Positions 11,388 through 21,644 of a stretch of 64,000 nucleotides of DNA are shown in pieces; the stretch's first letter is position 1; every line of letters starts with the position of its first letter. The stretch is from Nemertoderma westbladi. Taxonomy: Eukaryota; Animalia; Xenacoelomorpha. Under the pieces are notes generated by a model. The model made no database searches. It saw nothing but the letters and a program-made list of their open reading frames with translations, and was not told the origin of the DNA. The position numbers were made by a program, and so were the translations under genes. The stretch lies in assembly GCA_032718475.1 (NCBI GenBank), contig JAUCBJ010008410.1:1112-65111 (forward strand), in the 5' to 3' direction.

Positions 11388-14300
11388 TGTTTGGTTCCTG
11401 ATAAATTGGTATATTGTTTTTTTTCATAGGTTTTTCGACCTTTGTTTGATAGTGACCCCAGGGAAGCGAATGATTTTTATTAACCCAATAAAGTTTATCA
11501 TCAAATGCGCTGAGAGCAAACTTATCTCGTGCTATAGTATACACTTTGTGTAATTTACTTTGAAATTGATGTGTTTCCTTGGAAATTTCTTCGTTATCGT
11601 AATATGCCCTCAAATAATCTTCGTGACAAATATTTTTATCCACGACAGCTCTTGTTATTCCTTTTGCCCGTCGTATATTGGAATCATTCCATTCTAAAAT
11701 TGAATATAATTTTGGTCTTAAAAATACCGCTTGTTTAATCTCTCGTGAGGCTAGTTCGTCTTTACAGTAATAGAGCCTGGATTTATTTTTATCGCTGTAG
11801 AGAGGGTGATCCTTGGGGTAATTGGATGTATCTAGAATATTATTTTTAATTAAGGCTTTTAAAAAATTATTCTGCGATGTATTATAGTAACAACCTATTA
11901 AAGAGTCCGTGTCTGATGCTACAATTTCAATTCGGCAGTTTAATTCTTTCTCAATAGGTAGCAATTTATCGTAATACAGCTGATACATATCCAATTTAGC
12001 CAAGTCCAAGACAGTACTACCTATATAGACCGGCTTATCGAGAGTTACAGAGTCTTTTACTAATAAATGTCCCGATAAGGAATCGTTATAAATCATGAAA
12101 TTTTCATGATTTATTCGTTTGACTAATTGGTCACATTTTTCTTTACTATTAGCGATACGAAAGTTGCATCGGTCCCTTATCTTCTCTATCGTTTTTCCAA
12201 ATAAAGAATTGTTCAGCAATTTCGCGACAGCTGTTTAAATATAACTTTTTGCTAGCCGCCTTTGATTAATATTAAAATCTATATAGGGTTTAAATACAAA
12301 GTCTTGATGGAAAGAATATAATTTATGGAGCTTAGTAACAATTAAACCTTGTTTTATATAAAATTTTAACAGTTTTAAATTTACATGATAGAATTCTTTA
12401 TCGAATTGTGTCAACATAAGTTTCGGTGCACACATCTTATACTTGCTATTAGTGCCTCTTTGTTTACAAACATTGTTAAATTGTTCCCTCATATAAGGTG
12501 AAAGCATTGTCTCATTTATACTTAAATGTTCTGGAGCTAAGGGTAGTTCTAATGTACGATCGTGAATATCTTTGGGATATTTCAAATCGCAAATTAAGAA
12601 AAACCCAATATCACCTTCAGTATCAAGATTTGTTAAATATTTTATCAGTTCTTCTGGAGCAGCATTCTCTAAATATGTAACGTTGACTTGTTCAAAACCT
12701 GAAACAGGTAGCTTTTTACTTAAATTACCAGAATACAAGGAATTAAAATCTATATTGAAAATATGACACTCTTCCTTGCTTGGATCATAATTATCAGTAT
12801 CTGGTATATTTGATTCTATGTAATGCTTTCGACAGAATGAAACCCCTCCTCTAATAGATGCTTCAAAATCTCTATATGTTTGGTAATCTTTTATTAATGT
12901 TAACTTACATTTATTGTATTTCAGGGTGCAATCATAAGTGAAAGCTGCGATATTGCAATAATAAACTACTTCTAATTCGTAGTTTTGTCTACACACTCTC
13001 CTAAAGTTCTCAAATATATCAGCGAGGAGACAAACATCGAGTTTTAAGTATGCTAAAAGATAATCCTTGAGATTCACACAGTCAAACTGACTCCATGATG
13101 CGTTGGCAAAACTATATTCCTCGGGTGTACAGGTATTTTGTGTTAATTTACTATAAAATTTGTCTATTGATGGTAATTTCGAATCATTGAATTTATTTAA
13201 ATCTGTCAGATACTCGTAGGGAAATATACCTTTTCGTTTAATTGTTGCATTATTTAAATTTGGATAAAAATATTTCATTTGCTGTTCAGTAATTGGTAGA
13301 ACTGATGTTATATCCTCGCTGTCTATATCCTTTGTTGAAAAATCAACTAAAGTACTTAGGGAAAAGGATAAAAATTGATATGTGTCTAAGACACGTAGCT
13401 CGATCTTAGTTTTTTCATCTTTCACTGGTATATGCATGCTTAGTGAAATATACCTTTCAGAATTTTTAGGGATTACCTTTATATCCCAATCGGAATATTT
13501 ATTATTGCTAAAACCAACTTGCAAAAGAAAATGCAAATCGTAGAGATTGCAGTTGTGTGCAGCGAGTATATACATGTGTCATTTCAACGATAAAGAGTGG
13601 TTACATGCGTTACAAGCGGCCGCTATATAGTTACCAGTAATATGTGAGTGATGTTTGTTTTTCTCAGACTTATCCTTAAATAAAACATTGCAATAAAAGC
13701 AAGTTTTAGCTTTCCAAAAACTTAACTTATCTGCATCATTAAGTATCATTCTCTCTCTTGTGTGGTCTTCCGACCACTTATATAATTGGGTGATGTCATT
13801 ATATACAGAGTCTAAAAAGTCTTGAATACAGTTGTTGTCGATTGTTTTTGTAAAGGTCTTCAAATAAAATTTTGGTGGATTGATTAATTCGGCACTAGGA
13901 ACAATTAAATAACTTACAGCGCATGGAATATGATTCTGAATAAATTTACTGTTGGTGGCTGGCTCCAAAATAGATTCTATGTCAAAATATATTACAAACA
14001 ATGCTGGTAATGTTCTGTCTAAATTTCTAAAGCTAATGTGAGTTCTTTTTTCAGATGGTAGCTTCTCAACTTGACTTTTTCCTCGATAACAAACAAGACG
14101 GTGATGTTCTAGAACATCATTGGTGTAGAAAGGCGCCAAACACCGTTCACAATATTTCCTACCACGAGTATGAAGAGCTCTCGTATTCATCAAACGATTC
14201 AAGTTAGTTATGCAAACATAATGTGATTGTTTACTCGTATTCTTATTTTTTACAAGTAATATATTCAATAACTCTTTATCTGGAGTGATTTTACTAAATG

Positions 14301-15387
14301 GTGCCTGTCTTAATATAGATACTCGATTGTTGTTGTAGAGTAATAAATTAATTATATATGCTGAATTCTGTTTTTCAAAAAGTTTAATTGCAAGCTGCCA
14401 TTCTGTTGGATAATCTTTGTTCCCGTTGTCAAAAATAAAATGACACATATAATTTTTGTACTGCGAAGTACGATATTTGTTGTTCTTCACTTTGCTACTA
14501 AATTTTGTAGCTATAATTGCCCATTTAAAACAATCATTATCAGCCGTTTGTATATTTATAACACATTTTTTAACTGATAGAGCCTTAGGTAACTCCATAT
14601 AACCGTGTCCCTTATATAGTAACGACCTACACTTGGATTCAGCTACTTTAATTTCAACCCTTAATAAAGATTTAACACGCCACCCTGAGCCACGAGTGTT
14701 AAACATGGCTATTTTTTGCATTAATTTTTCTAATACATACTCAAACCATGTGTCAAAACTTTCATGTGAATCTACGGTATTAACTGCACCACCTGAAGAA
14801 CTAAAATAGAAAGCTTCTTCTTGATCACCCTCTGAAAAATGTGATCGATACATGAGTATATTCACACCTAGCCAGGGTCTAAGTACATTCATTTCGCTAA
14901 GTTTTCCTAATAATAAAGTTTGGATGTGAGGTAGAATTTTAATTAATGATGAATGAATATCAGGAAAATCTTCATCATTTGGAAGATTGTAAACATAGAT
15001 TTCTAAACGGTTATCGTGTGCGGCTTGTTCGATGTTAAAAATTGATGAACCTTGACCAGATTTCAGTCTTTTTCTAGATACGATAGTATTGTTTTGGTTC
15101 CGTTGTGGTGGTGGTCTAACATGATAATAACGTTGGTGACAGTCGTGACGTAAGTAATTCTCATATAAATACTCTTTATTACAAGTAGGGCAAGTTTTTT
15201 CATACACGCAAAACTTCATTTCTTTACATCCTGTAGTTGTTTCATGTCGTTTACATATTTCTTCACGTGAACATTTCACTCGACAATTAAAACAATTGTA
15301 TTCTTCAAAATGAGATTTCACATGTGTTAAATAATTTCGTTTAGAAATTTGATGAGGACAAAATGGACATTTCAATTGTTTATCCAT
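11365..15387 (-). pseudogene. pPolB, copy 2, same two in-frame stops
   Basis: Stops at 13579-13581 (TGA) and 12235-12237 (TAA); 6 amino-acid differences from copy 1. Confidence 0.9.
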
Positions 15388-15947
15388 CTCTTTATTATCC
15401 TAAAAACAATTTAAAATTAATATGAATATTGTTATATATATAATCAAAAAAATTCATAAGCTACTCAACACAAATAAAATATAATATCTAAACTTTAATT
15501 AATTTAATATTTTCAGAATGAGCTCGAATGAATCAGTTGAGCTCTTTATATATATATATATTTCAAGTTTCTACTTATACCAACCAATCATAAATAACAG
15601 TTACATTGGAAACTAATATCATAAATAAAGTTGCTTTTACAACTGAATTCTTTATAATAAAATCAAGTCTAAACCAAGATGTGTATAATGCGTTTTTAAT
15701 TTTCATTGATAAAGTAGGTTTTACATGCAAATGTTTTATTATGGTGGTGTAAACTCATGCATTTACATGCGAATGTTTTATACCTAATCCCGTGCTCACA
15801 TTAAATATAAACTATCACCAATATTTACTCAATAAAGTCACCTTTACATGCAAATACTTTATAATAATCACACTTTGTGATAAAAAGTTACCTTTACAAG
15901 TCAGTGTGAAACTGAAAAAGAAAAGTCTCTATCTAGTTAATAATAAA

Positions 15948-16991
15948 TCAATCTGATACTGTTTTTATATGTTCCTTATTGTAATCTGCTACCTCTTCAC
16001 TTGCTTTTGTAACTTTTATTTTCTTTGTAGGTATAGAATCATTGTTGGGAATGGAAGATGTTTGAGATGTAGATCTGCGCTTTCTATCACTCGAGGTCTC
16101 TTCGATGTATGTCTTTGGATTAAATGTGGATGAAACTACTTCTGGAAATGACTTATTAACCTTAAACTTCCAAGTTGGTGGATATAGAATCGTGAAACCG
16201 TCTGCTATATCAGTTGATGAAACATTTAACATCATATCGTAGAGAAACTCTATATATGGTATGTCTTTATCGTAATGTAACTGTAAATATTTGCTTTCCT
16301 TGTCTGTAATAATTACTTTTTTTTCTTGTACATTTATTTTTACTTTAAGTCGGTCAGATAAAGCTTTATCGCCCGTATCTAGCTCTGAAAAGACACCTTC
16401 GTTACTAATTTCATAATTCCATTCATACCACAATGAATTTACTTCCGATGCTGTTAAGTTAAACCCATTATAATACCTAAGACCAATAGCATCAGAATAT
16501 CTAGCTGAAATCTCCCATAGTCCCATATAAGTCGCTCCTTTATATTTGCTTACAAAACCGACAAAAGATGGGTTGGTTAAATTAACAACAGAACACTGAT
16601 TTATTATTTCGAGTGGTGGTGATAACAATTCTAATATTTCTGTCTTACTCTGAAGCAATAAATTAATGAGTGATTTGTTTAGAATTTGACATTTGCCTTG
16701 CTTCTGAATATATACGTTTTCAGTAATAACACAGGTGGAAATATTTAACTTTCCTCTTGTAAATTCTATATTAGGATAAATATTACCTCTTGAAACTGGT
16801 GATTCCTTTTGTCGGTTGATTAATATTTCTAAGACGTCTAGAAGGTAGAGTGTATCCTGGTAAGAGAAGCACGTTGTTACATTGCTATCGCTTGAGAGTA
16901 ATATAAAGTACTTGCCATAAACAATACTACAGGTATATTTATTAAATGTAAATTTCCAAGTATTGCTTGAAGTTTTTTTAAATAAATCCAT
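15948..16991 (-). CDS. Polinton accessory protein with a putative PC4/Sub1-like ssDNA-binding domain
   Basis: FVSKYKGATYMGLWEI...NGFNLTASEVNSL resembles the PC4 pattern VSxFKGxxYIDIRE...KGISLTxEQWxxL. Basic NLS-like tail (RKRR, KKIK). Confidence 0.5.
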   Translation of the reverse strand: MDLFKKTSSNTWKFTFNKYTCSIVYGKYFILLSSDSNVTTCFSYQDTLYLLDVLEILINRQKESPVSRGNIYPNIEFTRGKLNISTCVITENVYIQKQGKCQILNKSLINLLLQSKTEILELLSPPLEIINQCSVVNLTNPSFVGFVSKYKGATYMGLWEISARYSDAIGLRYYNGFNLTASEVNSLWYEWNYEISNEGVFSELDTGDKALSDRLKVKINVQEKKVIITDKESKYLQLHYDKDIPYIEFLYDMMLNVSSTDIADGFTILYPPTWKFKVNKSFPEVVSSTFNPKTYIEETSSDRKRRSTSQTSSIPNNDSIPTKKIKVTKASEEVADYNKEHIKTVSD

Positions 16992-17430
16992 AATTAGAAT
17001 GAAAACTATTTTGAAAAATAAAAACTAAATAAATGATTATTAGAATGTAAAACTTCGGTTTATATGCTTGCTTTAATAAAACAGAGTGACTTACAGTGAG
17101 GAATATAGTTGCTTCGTGTAACAGATGCAACGTGTACAGCTAAATTTATTACATTAGCGTGAGTTAGAGAGTGAAATAGCAGTAACGTGTAACAGATGCA
17201 ACGTGATCAATGCTAGCCCTGTCATTCTAACTTATATTCAACTTAGTTGATCGACCAGTTACATCGATAAAAGAAATTGATTATTATTAATAGTCGAATT
17301 AATGTATTCTACGCTATAGTAATTATGTTAAGGAACTAGAAGCTATTTATAAACATCTGCTACCAGTGATGAAGATGAAGAATTCAATGACTATGGTATA
17401 ACTCAGATATTTATCGCCTTTTTCTCTCGA

Positions 17431-17504
17431 GGTTGGATGGAAGAGTGATTGGTGAGTTGTGAGGAGTTATATCGGTCCCGGGTTCGAACCCTGTTGAATA
17501 TTTT
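17431..17504 (+). ncRNA. tRNA-like RNA polymerase III unit (A box + B box + T4)
   Basis: A-box-like TGGAAGAGTG at +8 (17438), perfect B box GGTTCGAACCC at 17481-17491 with tRNA spacing, TTTT at 17501-17504. No acceptor stem. Confidence 0.5.
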
Positions 17505-17505
17505 G

Positions 17506-17819
17506 TTATCTGAAAAATTGCAAAATTAAATTTAGTTACTAGTGAAAAATAGCGATTTGAAAAATAATAGAAGTTACCTGATGCTAAGTGTAGACACCCG
17601 AACACCTGTAAAATAAAGGTTGGTGATTGGATGCAGTACTAGCATTGGGTGACTAATAACGCTTATCTGAAAAATTGCAAAATTAAATTTAGTTACTAGT
17701 GAAAAATAGCGATTTGAAAAATAATAGAAGTTACCTGATGCTAAGTGTAGACACCCGAACACCTGTAAAATAAAGGTTGGTGATTGGATGCAGTACTAGC
17801 GTTGGGTGACTAATAATGC
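17506..17819. repeat. 157-bp tandem duplication in the Polinton terminal region
   Basis: TTATCTGAAAAATTGC... starts at 17506 and 17663; near-identical units. Confidence 0.92.
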
Positions 17820-18007
17820 CTCTAGCGGAATAAGCGGGAACTTGAGAAGTTACCATGGTTACGGATGAAATGCTGACATCTGATTGGTTGAAATAATAAC
17901 GACCACTGCAAAAGGTTGAAATGGTGGCTTCTGATTGGCTGCAGTACCAGAAATGGATGGTAATGATGGACTACGGGTGACCTTGGATGAGGGGCCATGT
18001 AATGTAT

Positions 18008-18022
18008 ACTACTACTGTCTAT
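18008..18022 (-). other. Polinton terminus (AGTAGTAGT on -) plus candidate 6-bp TSD GTCTAT
   Basis: ACTACTACT at 18008-18016. Polintons make 6-bp TSDs; the partner end is outside the window. Confidence 0.7.
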
Positions 18023-21000
18023 ATGGGATTCTGCTCTATAATAGTTATGTAACCTTATCCAGAAGACTACTACGTTCAGCATGAAGTCGCTCCTAGAAGT
18101 TGTGACCAGAAGCGGTTTACTGCCACAACTGAAAGATTTGAGAATGAGAACCATCCTGAAGAAATACCCTCTCAGACATTGCCTGTGTCAACAAGGACCG
18201 CAGTGCAACAGTAAGATGTTACTACAGTCCAACCAATGCATCAGATCCTGAACAAGAAAGATATATAGGTAGAGGTAAAATGCTGGAAATCATAAGAGCT
18301 TATGGAATATCAGACGTAATCGTTGCTGACCATTGGATTGTTATATTCTGACACAAAAGCTCAGGTACTCTCACCAGATAGTAGTGAAACTAAGTTCTTA
18401 TCAATCCTGGCTGGTGTACTGCAAGGTGATGCAATGATGATTGTAAAAAGTTCAACTTTTGCTAACACTTTTTTCACTTAACTCTTGTCCTTCGGCTGTT
18501 GTGATAGGATTTTTGCGCAGCCTATCACTGCTAGAACTTTTCACAGTAAAAACCTTTTCGGGATCTAGAACGTGATTATCTATACAGTCCTATATTGATT
18601 ACAGACGAGTAGGTCTTGTTAAATTATGTTATTAAGTAAATATTCCAATATTCCAACATTTGTACATATATACATACATATCTAATACATACATAACATA
18701 TATATATATATAACATATATATAACATATACATACGTAATCTCATCGAACAAAAATTGAACAAAAAATGGACAAACCAATGGACCGGTAAAAGCATTAAA
18801 ACCTCTGTATTTAAATATTGGAATCCAGGGAGGAGTACTTTATTATCTGGGAGTATAAAAAGTACTTATTTTACTGATTTTGAGAAAAATTACAACATAA
18901 AATAACCTATAACCAACCAAACCCCGTTTCAAATAACCAAAATATACATGACCAACCATTAAAGATTGGTGCATAACTAACTATTGAAAAAATGTTGGCA
19001 CTGCAAACACTATCGTTTCTTTCTTGTCTGGACAGGGTTGGTACAGTGCAGACAAGCAAGACAGTTCTATGCTAAGGAATACTAGTACTTGTACTCCAAC
19101 CGAGGTATTGGATCAAATAAAAAAGGTCGAAATAAGTGGGTCCCTTTTATACAAAAATATCTGATAAGACTAGGAAAACTGTCAGTCAATACATAATTGA
19201 GGCCAGGATTGGCCGAAACCAAAGCAATGTTACCTGTGAATGGCTGAAGAAAATATTTATCCAACATAATTAATTATCACCTGATCACCTCTGCCTCCTC
19301 GACACTTTGCCTGCGCCTCCTCAACGAGAATTCGTTTGTAGAGGACCTCGCCGTTAAGTTCCCAGGAGCGTTTAACGTGGAGACTCTCTCTGCATACAGA
19401 GAGTTTCGCGCCGAGAGAGATGCAAACTTTGTCGCCAAACAATACTCTGACGGCCCAGCTTTCTCCTCGGCAACGTGGAAGAAGCCTGGTCAGAAGAATC
19501 CGGCACCTGGTCGCGCGAGTGACAGCCCACGGATTTCACCACAAGCTGTGTCTGAACAACCGGGGGTTCCATGAACTCTCCTCTAGCTGCATCTGCAGAT
19601 TCTGTATGGAATCGTCCCAGTCGCGTTACCATGCGCTTCATTGCCCTCAATGTCCTCCTCTCTCGGTGCTGTCACTCTCATAAATTCGTTTCCTTCACAA
19701 CACGGCTCGGCCCACAAACAGACAATACTTAACTGGTATTATCTTTTATCATGCGTTTACTAATAATTCATGCATAAATCATGCATTTACTAATAACCTA
19801 TTTAATCAAATTTTACAATTTATTACCCCGGCTGGGGGTGTATCTTTAAATATATATTATCACCTGATCAAAGGCGGCATTTTGGAAAATTCCGGTAGGG
19901 CCCATGAAAAATACTGTGCAAACGGTTTAACTACAAAGGCCTCTAGCGAAAATTCCCGTTGGGCCTATGTAAATTACTTTCATGTGCAAACGGTTTACCA
20001 CAAAGGCCTCTACCGCAATCAGATTTCACCTTCAACCCAAAAGCTACCATGTGCCACCACCGGCCCCCACTCTCCCTCCCTATTAAGACTGTATCCTTAC
20101 TTGGTAAGGAGATTTCTAATTAAATTACAGAGGGATACCAGCAGGGTATTTATTTCCCTGCTGCTGAGCCTTATGGCTTATTGGTTAAACCTATTTAATG
20201 CAGCCTGGAGAGTGGAAGTGGAAATGCCCACTACCCAATAACATTATGACTCAATAATAATATTAATTAACATATCAGTAAACCATGAATTTACCTACTG
20301 AGTAAATGAATATCTTGGAAGTATATTGGTTTTTTTTCCACGGTGCTTCAAACTCAGCCAGGTACAATGATGGCCATAAAGGGAGAAGAGTTTGGATTCA
20401 TACATCAAGTAGCAGATATTTCCGGCAACTACAGTCACATACACATAACTTTGCAGATGACATGGTCCTGCTTTCTAATATGCTAGCAGATGCACTGGTT
20501 CTACTGAATAAATAAATTCCAATAAAATGGTAGAAAGGAGGTTGGATGGCATATAAATTATATTAAGGCATTTAATCAATGACATTTAATTGTAATAGAA
20601 ACTTAACCTCAACTGATAATAATTGACTAAGGAAGGTTGCTGACCAGTACCTTGTTTCATGAATAGAAAGCAGCAAAAAAGTCATAGAAAATAGGAAAGT
20701 AAATGTAAAGATAGTTCTATTAAAAATTGATACCATCTGGAAATCAGACCTCTCCAGGCCATGAAAACAAGTTCGTTCTTTCGAGCCGTAGTGGAAACTG
20801 TACTTCTATAAGGGGTGAGACCTGGACACCGACGATATCAATTGCACAATGAATTGATGGTTGTTACACAAGACCACTAAGGGAAACCCTAAACAGCAGC
20901 TGGATACAACACATGACAAACGTCGAGCTTTATGGTACATTACCACCTGAATCAACCACTCATCATGAATGCAGGTTAATATACAGTGGGCACTGCTGGA

Positions 21001-21095
21001 AAAGAAAACATGAGGTCATACCAGATCTACATTTCTGTCAACCCAACTTTTCTAGACTCATGGAAAGGTTGATGGTCGATGTAGACTGTCAATAA
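18023..21095 (+). pseudogene. Highly degraded non-LTR retrotransposon (RTE-like RT) with unidentified insert at ~18440-20350
   Basis: ILAGVLQGD at ~18404-18430, FADDMVLLSN at ~20450, and the C-terminal TNVELYG...GHCW segment. Confidence 0.6.
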
Positions 21096-21305
21096 AAATG
21101 CATAGTAACCTTACAAATTACCAATCAAATATATGTAAGAATAAATAGAAGGCATTTGATATCCATAAACATACATTTGATACAAAAACATACAATATAC
21201 AATTATTCTGTTTGGCTAATTAAGAAATTCAATACTGAGTGATTAATTTTACTGAATCACCCATTGTTTAGTGCTCCGAACTTCATGTTATCATATTATA
21301 AATAG

Positions 21306-21478
21306 GCGTTTAGATGGTTATGATGGAGGTGCTAATAGTCCCAGTGTCTGTGGTGGAGCCGGTGGTATGGACACAGCAACTATTGTGATTGGCGATTTGG
21401 GAGATTCTACAAAAACTGGAGCACTCCTGGCGCATGAGATTGGACATCTTCTCTTATTCCTTCATGATGAGGATATGG
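21306..21478 (+). CDS. Host ADAM/reprolysin (M12B) metalloprotease, zinc-binding exon
   Basis: AG acceptor (21304-5; alternative at 21312-3); encodes GGANSPSVC...LAHEIGHLLLFLHDEDM; GT donor at 21479, phase 1. Confidence 0.85.
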
Positions 21479-21644
21479 GTAAATATAACATTATATTAGT
21501 TTTTATAAGTTACAACATAAATTAATATATAAAGATAAAATATATGTCAAATACATGCCTTTCTCTCTAATTCTCTCTGGGAGGGACTGTGTTGACATAA
21601 AATCATAAATGACTTTATAATAAGACTTTATGCATAAAATGATT

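Larger units (their letters stand above)
3957..16337. repeat. Tandem duplication of ~6.19 kb inside the Polinton (3957-10144 / 10146-16337)
   Basis: All ORFs repeat at +6189. The junction at 10144-10146 joins the interior of the 347-aa gene to the intergenic repeat. Copies differ by at least 6 substitutions and a 4-bp indel (~15930). Confidence 0.95.
1..18016. mobile_element. Polinton/Maverick (adintovirus-like) endogenous element, left part outside window
   Basis: Clustered penton, core, MCP, adenain and pPolB genes. Ends in ACTACTACT (18008-18016; AGTAGTAGT on -), the typical Polinton terminus, followed by unrelated LINE-derived DNA. Integrase and packaging ATPase not seen (presumably left of the window). 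Confidence 0.93.

Noticed and set aside
17431-17504. Functional tRNA gene
   Set aside because: No acceptor-stem pairing and no convincing anticodon arm; kept only as a tRNA-like Pol III unit.
17411-18154. Short minus-strand ORFs in the terminal repeat
   Set aside because: Arise from the 157-bp duplication; one crosses the element boundary.
18432-20372. CAATGATG as an 8-bp TSD of a hAT element
   Set aside because: No terminal inverted repeats next to the two copies.
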